This document shows, piece after piece, positions 1 to 9,636 of a DNA stretch of 32,000 nucleotides. Position numbers and translations under genes: made by a program. The stretch lies in the NCBI GenBank assembly GCA_030614005.1, contig JAUWKS010000002.1, positions 1-32,000 of the forward strand, in the 5' to 3' direction. Numbering within the stretch: position 1 is the stretch's first letter; every line of letters begins with the position of its first letter. Origin of the DNA: Candidatus Heimdallarchaeota archaeon. GTDB taxonomy: Archaea > Asgardarchaeota > Heimdallarchaeia > JABLTI01. A model generated the notes under the pieces. That model did no database searches, was not told where the DNA came from, and saw nothing but the letters and a program-made list of their open reading frames with translations.

Positions 1-536
1 AAAGTATTGTTATTAGAAACAGCAAATAAAAAGATTAATTGTTTTAACTAGGCAATTCCTTTGAATATGTAAATTTAATTGAAGTATCTATTTGTATAAC
101 ATTTTGCTTTAATACAAAAAAGCAACCTCTAGAGATAAAACAATAAAAAAAGTAAAAACGGGAATCTCATTAGAACGCTTTTCCCAGAAATCACCTTTTA
201 CACTTTTGAAAAAACGTTGCATAAAAATAGCTTAATAATGGCTATTTTTTAGAGAATTTTATATGTTCTTTATCTTTTGAAAAAAAATATTCTAAACTGA
301 CTGATAATATCGAGAATTAAATCAATATTTGGGTACTCATAAATAAAAGAAACGGAATTAATCTAGTGATTAATATGATTTGTAAAATAATGCCAATGAT
401 TTTAATACTCTCGACACCCTTGGATCCAAAGTCAATTACCTTTTCCTAAATACATGACTACTTAAAATAGATTATTCAGATATTAGCTTGCTTAAATAGT
501 TTTGACAAGGAAGTAATTCTTTAAAGTAAAATTACG

Positions 537-1385
537 GTGTTAACATTGCTGGGGTCAATAGATTGCCGCAAGATTGTTGTGCTAGGCAATCCAAATGTTG
601 GAAAAACGAGTATTATACAACGGTATGTTCACAATCAATTTAAAACCAAATATTACGCCACTCTTGGTTTTAATATTTATACTCGATATATTGATATTGC
701 TGATAAAAAAGTTGGATTATCAATATGGGATGTCGGCGGACAAGAAGCTTTCAAGCAATTTGCTTTTCGATATTTGATTGAAGCAGATGCAGCTATTTTC
801 GTTGCTGATGTTTCTAGACCTGAAACCATTGAGAGTCTTTCTACTTGGAATGAGCAATTAGCTCAAGTCACCAATAGAAAAATACCTAAAATTATCCTTT
901 TCAATAAAATTGATTTGAATTATGATATGAATGTCATATCTGACGAAGTGATTAAATCCGAAGTCCGTAAAGAATTCAATGGAATTGTTTTTGCTAGTGC
1001 TAAAACTGGTCAGAATGTTATCGACATTTTTTCAATGATTGCAAAGATGCTCACTACGTGGGATGAAGAATTTGGTGTCCCTAGTAAAAGGAAAGTTCTC
1101 TTCAATAGCGCTTTTGAGGAAAAAACGTTACCTGTGATGTTCTTTTCAGGACCTAATTGTGATTTTTGTGAACCTGTTTTTAATAGATTAACAAACATTT
1201 CTTCAGAATATCCTATGAATATTGAAGTCGTAGATGTTGAAGCAGACAAAAATGCTGCAACTGAACACGGCATTCTTTCAATACCAACAACAATCATTGG
1301 AACTAAAATCATTGTTGGAGAATCTAATGAACAAATATTACGAACAATTGTTAGTGATGAATATATTCAGCTTTTTGGTAAATAG
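537..1385 (+). CDS. Rab-like small GTPase fused to a C-terminal thioredoxin/glutaredoxin-like domain
   Basis: G1 GNPNVGKT, G2 YATLG, G3 WDVGGQE, G4 NKID, G5 SAKTG; last ~85 aa FFSGPNCDFC (CxxC) ... GILSIPT (cis-Pro motif). GTG start; exact start uncertain. Confidence 0.88.
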   Translation: MLTLLGSIDCRKIVVLGNPNVGKTSIIQRYVHNQFKTKYYATLGFNIYTRYIDIADKKVGLSIWDVGGQEAFKQFAFRYLIEADAAIFVADVSRPETIESLSTWNEQLAQVTNRKIPKIILFNKIDLNYDMNVISDEVIKSEVRKEFNGIVFASAKTGQNVIDIFSMIAKMLTTWDEEFGVPSKRKVLFNSAFEEKTLPVMFFSGPNCDFCEPVFNRLTNISSEYPMNIEVVDVEADKNAATEHGILSIPTTIIGTKIIVGESNEQILRTIVSDEYIQLFGK

Positions 1386-1486
1386 GTTCACAAGCAAAAG
1401 TTTTTGAGATGTTTTTTTCTTTTGGTATGATAGCAATACCTTATAATTACTAATTCAAAAGCTAATGAAAGATTGGTGAATTTACT

Positions 1487-2269
1487 TTGAAAATCAAAGA
1501 GGGCGATTTGATAATAATATCTATTTCTGGTGTTAAGAAATGGATGGTAAAAGTTGAAGCAGGAAAAGAATTCCATACTCATAAAGGACCTGTCGTTTTA
1601 GATGAGCTCATTGGTTTAGAATATGGTTCTAGCATTGTTAATTCTAAAGATGCTACGTTCTTTCTTTGGAAACCTTCTCCTTATGATTATCGTGATGCAA
1701 TCACTCATTCTACTCAAGTAATTTACCAAACAGATATCGCTCAAATCATCTTTACTGCTGGTATTTGTAGTGGCGTAAGGGTTATTGAAGCTGGGACAGG
1801 TAGCGGGAGTCTAACTTCAGCTTTAGCTCGTTATGTTACACCAGGTGGGAAAGTCTTTTCTTATGATTTCAAGGAAAAGCATCAAAAAGTTGCTCGTAAA
1901 AACATTGAGAAACTCGGATTATCCGAAGCCGTTGATTTTAAAATCAAAGATGTCACAACTGGTTTTGATGAAAAAGATGTTGAGGCAGTTATCTTGGATA
2001 TGCCCAATCCTTGGGACGTAATTGAACATGCTCGTGATGCTTTAATGGGCGGTGGTAAATTAGTAATATTCGTACCAACATATACACAAGTAGATCAATC
2101 ACTAGCAAAACTGGTAGAAAACAATTTTTATCAAATTGAAGCCTTTGAAGTAATTCGCAGAGATCTTACTACACGTATTGGTGCAATACGACCGGCAACA
2201 CGTATGATAGGTTTTACCGCTTTTTTGGTTGTTGCTAGGAAAGGATTCTCTCTATCTGAAGAGCGCTAA
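1487..2269 (+). CDS. trmI: tRNA (adenine-N1)-methyltransferase, TrmI/Trm61 (GCD14) family
   Basis: FHTHKG N-terminal motif, TQVIYQTD, SAM-binding EAGTGSGSLT, LDMPNPW, FVPTYTQV, RPATRMIGFTAFL. Confidence 0.95.
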   Translation: MKIKEGDLIIISISGVKKWMVKVEAGKEFHTHKGPVVLDELIGLEYGSSIVNSKDATFFLWKPSPYDYRDAITHSTQVIYQTDIAQIIFTAGICSGVRVIEAGTGSGSLTSALARYVTPGGKVFSYDFKEKHQKVARKNIEKLGLSEAVDFKIKDVTTGFDEKDVEAVILDMPNPWDVIEHARDALMGGGKLVIFVPTYTQVDQSLAKLVENNFYQIEAFEVIRRDLTTRIGAIRPATRMIGFTAFLVVARKGFSLSEER

Positions 2270-2370
2270 ATTAGAAAAGGCTATTATTTTCATCTTTTTT
2301 GCTCTTTTTATTTTATAAAAAGAACAATCTTAAGAAAAAGATTTAAGTTAGATTTTTTCTATTCTCGTCT

Positions 2371-3801
2371 ATGAAGCTTCCAGAAAAAGAAACTGAATTC
2401 CTTAAATGGTATTCTGAAGTAATTAGTTATGCTAATATTGTGGATAATCGTTCTCCCGTTAAAGGTGCTAATGTTCTTATGCCCTATGGATACTCTATTT
2501 GGGAGTCGATTAGAAATAAACTTGATGCTGAATTAAAGAAGACCGGCCATAAGAATGCTTATTTTCCTTTATTCATTCCTGAAGATTATTTAAAGCGCGA
2601 ATCTGAGCACTTTAAAGGGTTTATTCCAGAAGTTGCTTGGGTCACACATGCAGGTGACCGCAAACTTGATAGAAAGCTCGCTCTGCGTCCCACTTCTGAA
2701 ACTATTATGTATGAAATGTTTCATCTTTGGATTCGCAGTCATGTAGACCTTCCCTTTAAAATTAATCAATTCTGTAATATAATTCGTTTTGATACGAAAG
2801 AAACTAAACCTTTGCTCCGCGACCGAGAATTTCTCTGGTCAGAGGGGCACACTTGCCATGCAACGGCAGAAGAAGCAGAAGAACAAGTTAAAGAGTCAAT
2901 GGTTATTTACGAAAACGTTTATCGAGAAGCGTGTATGTCATTTTTGATTTTACGAAGACCAAAATATGACACTTTTGCTGGTGCAATTTATTCTATTGCT
3001 TATGATTCCCCTCTTCCAGATGGTCGTACTTTACAAATAGGAACTACTCATAATCTTGGCCAAGGTTTCAGCAAAGCTTTCGATATTACTTTCCAAGATA
3101 AGGACAAACAAAATAGGAATGTCCATCAAACATGTTATGGTCTTTCCACACGTCTTGTTGCAGCAATTATCGGATTACATGGTGATGAGAAAGGATTAAT
3201 CATTCCACCATTCATTGCACCTATTCAAATTGTTATTATTCCAATATATAAAAAAGACAACAAAGACGAAGTTATCGAAGCAGCAGAACAGATACTTAAA
3301 GTCTTACAAAAAGCAGGATTACGTGTTGAATTAGACAAAAGGGAAGGATATACACCTGGCTGGAAGTTTAATGAATGGGAAGTTCGGGGTGTACCTATTC
3401 GCTTAGAAATTGGCCCTAAAGACATTCAAAAAGAGCAAGTTGTTCTCGTTCGTCGTGATAACCGCGAAAAAGCATTTGTTCCTATGAAGGATGCTGCTAA
3501 AAAATCGAAAACTATTTTGAAGAACATGCATAAATCCCTCCAAAAACGTGCAGATAAATTGCTTAAAGATAGTATCAGTCATCCAAAAGATTACGAAGAG
3601 CTTAAAGAAATACAGAAAACCAAACGAGGTTTTTGCCGTGCTAATTGGTGTGGCGATGAAGCTTGTGGTGAAAAAGTCAAAGATGATACTGGCGCTGATA
3701 TCCGAGGAACACGTGAAGATATCAAAGAAGAACCAGATGGCAACTGTATTATTTGTGGCAAGAAAGCTAAAGAAATGGTTTACATTGCTCCAGCCTATTA
3801 G
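2371..3801 (+). CDS. proS: Prolyl-tRNA synthetase, archaeal/eukaryotic type
   Basis: LRPTSETIMY, QFCNIIRFD, REFLWSEGHT, QIGTTHNLGQ, GLSTRL; anticodon domain PGWKFNEWEVRGVPIRLEIGP; C-terminal Zn Cys cluster and terminal APAY. Confidence 0.98.
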   Translation: MKLPEKETEFLKWYSEVISYANIVDNRSPVKGANVLMPYGYSIWESIRNKLDAELKKTGHKNAYFPLFIPEDYLKRESEHFKGFIPEVAWVTHAGDRKLDRKLALRPTSETIMYEMFHLWIRSHVDLPFKINQFCNIIRFDTKETKPLLRDREFLWSEGHTCHATAEEAEEQVKESMVIYENVYREACMSFLILRRPKYDTFAGAIYSIAYDSPLPDGRTLQIGTTHNLGQGFSKAFDITFQDKDKQNRNVHQTCYGLSTRLVAAIIGLHGDEKGLIIPPFIAPIQIVIIPIYKKDNKDEVIEAAEQILKVLQKAGLRVELDKREGYTPGWKFNEWEVRGVPIRLEIGPKDIQKEQVVLVRRDNREKAFVPMKDAAKKSKTILKNMHKSLQKRADKLLKDSISHPKDYEELKEIQKTKRGFCRANWCGDEACGEKVKDDTGADIRGTREDIKEEPDGNCIICGKKAKEMVYIAPAY

Positions 3802-3898
3802 GAGCAATTTTCGTTTTCTTTTTCTCAAATAGTAATATATAAGAACATTAGAAGCTCACAATAAATTAGATTAGAATTCTCAGAAGGGAAAACGTATT

Positions 3899-4312
3899 AT
3901 GGCTGAAGATCCCGAAGTTCAAAGAAAAATCTATCAACTTCTCCGAGAAATTGGTGAATATACTGATTTGGAGGCGTTAGCTGTCGTTAATCGTGAAGGT
4001 ATGAAAATTTCCTTCTTTGCAAAGCAAGATGCCAATGCCGATCTTATCTCAGCTATTTCTGCAGCAATACTGTCAACTGGTGAACAAGCTGTTTCTATTA
4101 ATGAGCATGGTGAATTGCTTGAAGTGCTTGTGAGAGGAGAACATGGATTTACCATATTAACGAATGCTGGTGATTATATCCTAATTGGAACATCTTTAGA
4201 GCTTAATGCTATGGGTTTAACAATTAGGGTTTTACGCAAATATGCCACTAAATTGAAAGACATCATCGGTGGGGAATGTCAGGATGATTTAGGGCCCATT
4301 AGTTTAGAATGA
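3899..4312 (+). CDS. Roadblock/LC7 (MglB-like) domain protein
   Basis: ALAVVNREG ... DLISAISAAILSTGEQAV ... GELLEVLVRGEHGFTILTNAG ... MGLTIRVLRKYATKL: typical roadblock pattern and size. Confidence 0.9.
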   Translation: MAEDPEVQRKIYQLLREIGEYTDLEALAVVNREGMKISFFAKQDANADLISAISAAILSTGEQAVSINEHGELLEVLVRGEHGFTILTNAGDYILIGTSLELNAMGLTIRVLRKYATKLKDIIGGECQDDLGPISLE

Positions 4313-4337
4313 AAATTTAAAGTGGTTCGAGAAAAAC

Positions 4338-5615
4338 ATGACTGTTCCGTTTGAGCTTCAAATGATTCATAGACTTTCGGGAGTACAGCTTTTTTCCCAT
4401 CGTTTTAGAGAAGACATTAAGCTTGAACCTACACTAATCTCTGGTTTTATATCTGCAGTAATTACTTTTGCAGAGGAGTTGAAACCTTCTGATGGAAAGG
4501 AAATCATCACATTTATTGATAGAGGTGATTTTGTTTTACAAGTAGAACCCGGTGAGCGTGTCATTGGGCTCCTCATCTTAAGTTGTAAAGATTCATCATT
4601 TAAAGAAAAGTTGAGAATCCTTGTTGAAGAATTTGAAAACCGTTATCATGCTCTAATTGTAGATTGGAGTGGTATTTCTTCAGGATTTGATGATTTTGAA
4701 GATGATGTTAAACAACTTATTTCCCGTAAACCTATTAGTCCGTATCATATTCCAAAATTAGTTGATACTGATCGAGCACCAAAGAAACTAGATGATATGA
4801 AATGGGCTATTATTACTCGTATAAATGGTAAAAATGATATTACTACAATCAGTGAGGAATTAGAAATAAGCATTGATGTTGTTCAAAGTATCATTTCGTA
4901 TTTTGAAGAGTCAGGGTTAGTAAAAACCTATTTTGAAATCAGTGATGAGAGCATGTTAGAACTTACTAAAAAAGGGTTAAATGCTCTTGAAGTAGGATCA
5001 GATGGCTATAATGAAATTAATCATTTGATAGGTGAATATGGCATCAAAATATTGTCACTCATTGGCACAGAAAGATCATTACTAGACATTAAGAAGAAAG
5101 TAAAATTATCTCATGAACGAGTTTGTGAATTAGTTGAAAAACTTGTATCCGAACGTTTTCTAGAAGTGCTTCCTAAATGGAAAGTTGTTCTCGATAAGAA
5201 CGCATTTCAATTCACACGTTCCCTTGAGTTTATTGACGATCTCTTCCAACTTATTTATGATGAATCAGATAGTTGGTTAGATGTACGAGCACTTACACGT
5301 ATGAAAAGAAATACTGCCGCTCTTCTGCTCATCAAAGATGAAGAACTCGCCCGTTTAATTAGTGATAGTAATGAATACTTAATCGATCGAAACAATCTGA
5401 AGAAAGTCCTCAGTTCTGAGGTAAATCTTAAGTCTATTGCTGAGCGATTAGAAACGCTTTTCAAAGTTTTACAAAACAATATCGAACGTGAGATCGGGTC
5501 AAATCTTACACGAGGTATTATGTGTAAAGTTTACAAACGGTTGAATTCAGATTATACTGAATTAATTAAACAACAAACAGAACTTGATATTATGATAAAT
5601 TGGTTAAATCAATAA
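4338..5615 (+). CDS. Longin-like domain + tandem winged-helix protein (NPRL2-like architecture)
   Basis: N-terminal SGVQLFS...TLISGFISAVITFAEEL...FENRY...W.G..F..F longin pattern; PYHIPKL then RINGKNDITTISEELEISIDVVQSIISYFEESGLV (wHTH); second wHTH around SLLDIKKKVKLSHERVCELVEKLVSERFL. 25 nt after the roadblock gene. Confidence 0.7.
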   Translation: MTVPFELQMIHRLSGVQLFSHRFREDIKLEPTLISGFISAVITFAEELKPSDGKEIITFIDRGDFVLQVEPGERVIGLLILSCKDSSFKEKLRILVEEFENRYHALIVDWSGISSGFDDFEDDVKQLISRKPISPYHIPKLVDTDRAPKKLDDMKWAIITRINGKNDITTISEELEISIDVVQSIISYFEESGLVKTYFEISDESMLELTKKGLNALEVGSDGYNEINHLIGEYGIKILSLIGTERSLLDIKKKVKLSHERVCELVEKLVSERFLEVLPKWKVVLDKNAFQFTRSLEFIDDLFQLIYDESDSWLDVRALTRMKRNTAALLLIKDEELARLISDSNEYLIDRNNLKKVLSSEVNLKSIAERLETLFKVLQNNIEREIGSNLTRGIMCKVYKRLNSDYTELIKQQTELDIMINWLNQ

Positions 5616-5627
5616 AAGAAAAAGAGG

Positions 5628-5661
5628 GAAGAATAATAGTTTGTAAATATCTATTATCTTC
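5628..5661. terminator. Stem-loop between convergent genes
   Basis: GAAGAATAATAG-N11-CTATTATCTTC (11 bp, one bulge) between the stops at 5615 and 5666. Confidence 0.4.
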
Positions 5662-5665
5662 TTAG

Positions 5666-6880
5666 CTATATTTTTTTCATGAATCTTTCAAGTCGATCCA
5701 TAGCATCACTGATTATTTCTTCTTGGGAAAGGAATACTAATCTGAAATAACCGCTACCATATGTCGGATCAAATCCGCTTCCAAATACTCCAACCACTCC
5801 TTCTTCCTTTAATAGTGCAAGAATGAATTCCTTATCGTTTTTGTATTTTCCAAGGTTCTCAATTTTAGGAAAGATATAGAAAGCCGCTTCTGGTTTTTGA
5901 GTTGAAATACCATCAATTTCATTTAATCGCTTGTAGATAATATCTCTACGTTTTCTTAATTTTTCAACTGTTTCTTTGATGTGATCTTGTGGACCTGTTA
6001 AAGCCTCAGTACATCCATATTGAGCTGGTGTGTTGACACATAACCTCAATCGGCCCAGTTTAATTATTCCATCATAGACTTCTCTGAGTTTATCTTCTGG
6101 GTCTTGGAGGTAACAATACCCAACACGCCATCCCGGCATTAAATAGACTTTAGAGAAACCATTCATCATAAACAATGGAACATCCTTTGCAACCGAAGGC
6201 ATGCCAATGAATTTCTGATCAAACGACAATCGATCATAGATTTCATCTGCAATTATTGGCAAATCATGTTCACCTGCAATATCTACAATATGTTTCAATT
6301 CTTTTTCTCGATATACTGCACCAGTAGGATTATTTGGATTAATAATCAGAATTGCTTTTGTTTTATCAGTTATTTTACTTCTAATATCATCTTCATCAGG
6401 TTGCCAATTATCAGTACTAACAGTGCGATAAGTGACACTTTTAGCATCATAAAATTTTGGAAATGCCATATAGGACGGATAGGCAGGACCTGGAATTAAA
6501 ATCTCATCCCCAGGACTTAAAAGAGAAGCAAAAAGAAACATTATTCCTTCTGAAATCCCAGCTGTGACATGTATATCGTCAATTGAGAGGTTCTTTGCTC
6601 CATTTATTTTCGTCTCTTTTTCAACAATTGCTTCACGCAACGAAACAATACCTTGTGATTCTGAATAGAAACTCTTGTTTTCACGTGCAGCTTTTACAAA
6701 AGCATCAACAATATTTTTCGGTGTTTCGAAATCGTATTTATTTGGATCACCAATATTTAACCAAATTAAATCCTTTCCTTGAGCAGATAGTTTCCTCGCT
6801 TCAGCACTGATATCTCGAATAGCATATTCCAACCCTCTCACTCTTGGGGCTTGAATTAATTCTCTGGATGCATCAACCAT
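5666..6880 (-). CDS. PLP-dependent class I/II aminotransferase (alanine/aspartate aminotransferase-like)
   Basis: WLNIGDP, YSESQG, NPNNPTG, DEIY, FSKVYLMPGWRVGY (PLP lysine), AAFYIFP; GGTGA SD-like motif upstream on the minus strand. Confidence 0.95.
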   Translation of the reverse strand: MVDASRELIQAPRVRGLEYAIRDISAEARKLSAQGKDLIWLNIGDPNKYDFETPKNIVDAFVKAARENKSFYSESQGIVSLREAIVEKETKINGAKNLSIDDIHVTAGISEGIMFLFASLLSPGDEILIPGPAYPSYMAFPKFYDAKSVTYRTVSTDNWQPDEDDIRSKITDKTKAILIINPNNPTGAVYREKELKHIVDIAGEHDLPIIADEIYDRLSFDQKFIGMPSVAKDVPLFMMNGFSKVYLMPGWRVGYCYLQDPEDKLREVYDGIIKLGRLRLCVNTPAQYGCTEALTGPQDHIKETVEKLRKRRDIIYKRLNEIDGISTQKPEAAFYIFPKIENLGKYKNDKEFILALLKEEGVVGVFGSGFDPTYGSGYFRLVFLSQEEIISDAMDRLERFMKKI

Positions 6881-6911
6881 TTTTTATTTCACCTGTACGA
6901 CAGCTTTTTTC

Positions 6912-6930
6912 GGTTGATTACACATCAACC
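6912..6930. promoter_or_regulatory. Perfect inverted repeat (candidate operator or leader hairpin)
   Basis: GGTTGAT-TACAC-ATCAACC, 32-50 nt upstream of the aminotransferase start, in a divergent intergenic region. Confidence 0.35.
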
Positions 6931-7125
6931 AAATCATAATTGAGAAAAAAACTTTGTTAAAACATTTTTGGAACAACTGAAAAAATTGTTATCAGTTATT
7001 TTTTACCAATAAAAACGCAAATGATTGCTGTTTTAAAGCAGATATTTGGAGCTCGCGTCAAAATATTTTTAATTATGAGAATTGATTTTGGAAACAGCTC
7101 GCTTATCTAAGGAGGAGCAAGTGAA

Positions 7126-7752
7126 TTGTCTGCTGAAGAAGAAAGAATTAACCAAATGGTCGAGGATATAATTAGCAATGCTAAGAATGAAGCACGTAAG
7201 TATACTAAAGAAGCAAAACAGCAAACACAAGAAATCCTAGAAAAAGGAAAAGCAGTTGCTGAACAAGAAAAAGAAGAAATCATTGAGATGAAATCCAAAA
7301 CTATATCAGAATTGGAAAAACAACAAATTGCTTCTATTAACTTACAAGCACGTCGAGAAATCTTGCAAAAGAAAGAAGAAGAAATTTCTAAGGCTTTCAC
7401 TTCAGCTGAAGATGAGTTAAAGAAATTTTCCTCAAAACCAGCCTACACAAAAGTACTTGCATCACTTATTGTAGAAGCAGGAATTGCAATTGGTGGAGGA
7501 AATCTCTTAGTAAAAACTCGAAAAGCAGATAAATCTAAATTAAAAGAACTTGCAAATTTAGCCAAGGAAATTACCAAGAAGAGCGGTACTAAATCCTCAC
7601 TTAAATTAGTCACAGAAACAATTGATTCCATTGGTGGAGTAATTGTTTTATTAGATGATGAATCAATCACTGTAGATAATACTTTTGAAGCACGTCTAGA
7701 ACAAAAATACCGTTCTATTAGAACAGATGTCGCAAAATCATTATTCGTCTAA
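7126..7752 (+). CDS. atpE: A/V-type ATP synthase subunit E
   Basis: Long N-terminal charged helix (I..AK.EA), C-terminal GGVIVLLDDESITVDNTFEARL hallmark; AGGAGG SD about 10 nt before the TTG. Confidence 0.9.
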   Translation: MSAEEERINQMVEDIISNAKNEARKYTKEAKQQTQEILEKGKAVAEQEKEEIIEMKSKTISELEKQQIASINLQARREILQKKEEEISKAFTSAEDELKKFSSKPAYTKVLASLIVEAGIAIGGGNLLVKTRKADKSKLKELANLAKEITKKSGTKSSLKLVTETIDSIGGVIVLLDDESITVDNTFEARLEQKYRSIRTDVAKSLFV

Positions 7753-7886
7753 CTAGGGTGTAAAATTTCATCCAAAACTAGCTTGAAGAAATGTTTAAAA
7801 GTATCCAATGAACGAAAACAAAATAGAGTTTCGATTAAAGTTGAATATTGATATTAAGTTTTAACAACCAAAGAAGTGTAATCCTC

Positions 7887-8492
7887 ATGAACAAAAAGAC
7901 TGCTTATGTTATTTTTATAATCACTTGCTTACTTTCTCTGTCAATGGTTTTCCAACCACAACACTTAAACCAAGTTTCTGGAGCAAATGGAGACTTAGTT
8001 TTTTATGATCTTATCTCCCCAGATGGAGATGTTTATCAATATGATGATTATCTCTTTGGTGGCACAATTTTCAATAACCGCTCAGATGATACATATAGAG
8101 TGAGTCAACTGAGAGTAGATTTTGAATACACACATGAAAATGGAACCATTGAGACTACAAGAGTTTCATCAGAACAATTTGCAGAAAATGACCCACGCTA
8201 TTGGATTGCTCCTTTTGAAGCTAAAACAATCTATTTCCAAACAGCCATGAATCTTACTATTGGTAGAAGTTACAATCTTTCAGTGAAAATTTTGTTCATT
8301 GATGTTGAAAGCGTAGTTGAAACTCCTTTTGTGCGACCAATCAGTGAAAATGCAACGATTACAGTACAATACAAAAGACCACCCTCCCCAGGGTATATTT
8401 GGATTGTTCTAGTATTACTTTCAGTTGGAATTCTATCTTTCATTATTCTAGGAATTGTTGGTTGGGTAAAAGATCGCCGAGCTAAAAAGTAA
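7887..8492 (+). CDS. Predicted surface glycoprotein (signal/TM, beta-rich ectodomain, C-terminal TM)
   Basis: MNKKTAYVIFIITCLLSLSMVF signal-like N-terminus (ATG 7887 preferred over TTG 7848); five N-x-S/T sequons (NRS, NGT, NLT, NLS, NAT); C-terminal hydrophobic helix followed by KDRRAKK. Confidence 0.75.
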   Translation: MNKKTAYVIFIITCLLSLSMVFQPQHLNQVSGANGDLVFYDLISPDGDVYQYDDYLFGGTIFNNRSDDTYRVSQLRVDFEYTHENGTIETTRVSSEQFAENDPRYWIAPFEAKTIYFQTAMNLTIGRSYNLSVKILFIDVESVVETPFVRPISENATITVQYKRPPSPGYIWIVLVLLSVGILSFIILGIVGWVKDRRAKK

Positions 8493-8503
8493 AAGAAAGA
8501 ATT

Positions 8504-8529
8504 AAATCACTTGTTTTCGCAAGTGATTT
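8504..8529. terminator. Perfect hairpin between convergent genes (candidate bidirectional terminator)
   Basis: AAATCACTTG-TTTTCG-CAAGTGATTT, 10-bp stem, A-rich on the left and T-rich on the right. Confidence 0.6.
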
Positions 8530-8559
8530 CGGTTTTAATTTTATTTATTTACTTATTTC

Positions 8560-9549
8560 TCAAATTGCAAGAATTGTGAGTGCGGGAACAACAATATAGA
8601 ATCGCTTCTCATTTGCTAATTTATAATTTATTATTGTTCTAGGAAGATATAATTCTCCTTTTCTCACTGGTTTTAATCTAAAAGTTTCAACAATAGTAGT
8701 TTCATAATTCAATTGATCGATTATTCGATGAGGATACATCGAAGATAATTTAAAATCTAACCCTGGGTTAAAATTAAGGTCAACAGACCATGCAACTCCC
8801 ATGCCAGTATTTGATATTCGTATTTGAATATAGCAATCTTCTTTCGCTTTTATCAAATCACTGACAATATACTCCCCTTCTAATACTGGTTTAGCACTTT
8901 GCTCGGAAGGCAATAGTTGTTTTGCTTTTAGTGCTGCCAATTGTGGTGGAGCGATTCCTTCGAGCGCATATAACGCAGAAAGTTCTTCATGTGAGATAGT
9001 ATCTGAGAAGCCTCGCGTAATTCCTTGTTCTTCTAAAAACTTAGTGAGAAGGTCAGGGTACATAGCTGTGGTTTCTATTTGAATGTCCAGCTCACGATAT
9101 TCCCGTCCTCTATGTTCGTCATCCATATATACTTGGTATCCGTGAATTCCCGGTTCTATTGAAGTTATTTTTGTTGGATCGCAAACTAAAGCAATTGCAT
9201 TTTCAAAGAGGCTTTGTTGATACCGTTGTGTTCTGATATCAACTCCAGATAGGAAAAAACCAAATGAGGGATGACTGTGGAACCAACCAACAATGACTGC
9301 ATTGATACTTTCTGCTTCCTCTGCAATTTTTGGTATAATAGTATAATCAGACATTTCAACAAAAATAGAACTTCCGCTTGTCATCGGGATAGCTTTGACT
9401 ACTGTTACTGTCTCTCCTTCTACTGTACCAACAAGCCAGCCAATCACTTCCCTCCATTGTCTATATGGTCTTTCAGGATTAGCAAATTCAATGACATATT
9501 TGAACATTTGTTGATATGCTTCATCATTTATTATAACCGATTGAATCAT
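8560..9549 (-). CDS. Rpn11/CSN5-like JAMM (MPN+) metalloprotease with C-terminal Ig-like beta-sandwich
   Basis: REVIGWLVG (catalytic Glu), VVGWFHSHPSFGFFLSGVDIRTQ (H-x-H-x7-S-x2-D); C-terminus IQIRISNTGMGVAWSVDL...F.LKPVRKGEL.LP..IINY is beta-sandwich-like. Confidence 0.88.
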   Translation of the reverse strand: MIQSVIINDEAYQQMFKYVIEFANPERPYRQWREVIGWLVGTVEGETVTVVKAIPMTSGSSIFVEMSDYTIIPKIAEEAESINAVIVGWFHSHPSFGFFLSGVDIRTQRYQQSLFENAIALVCDPTKITSIEPGIHGYQVYMDDEHRGREYRELDIQIETTAMYPDLLTKFLEEQGITRGFSDTISHEELSALYALEGIAPPQLAALKAKQLLPSEQSAKPVLEGEYIVSDLIKAKEDCYIQIRISNTGMGVAWSVDLNFNPGLDFKLSSMYPHRIIDQLNYETTIVETFRLKPVRKGELYLPRTIINYKLANEKRFYIVVPALTILAI

Positions 9550-9636
9550 TTTTACTCATCTTTTCTATTTGGTTGAAAGTTCTAATATCGTATCTAATTA
9601 CTAAAAGTAAAACTTGCCTATAAAGACTTTTGAATT

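Noticed and set aside
1-536. Long AT-rich stretch with a 37-codon minus-strand ORF (109-222, MQRFFKSVKGDFW...)
   Set aside because: Too short, no recognisable motif, and the other minus-strand frames checked near the edge are closed by stops; no repeat or RNA structure evident.
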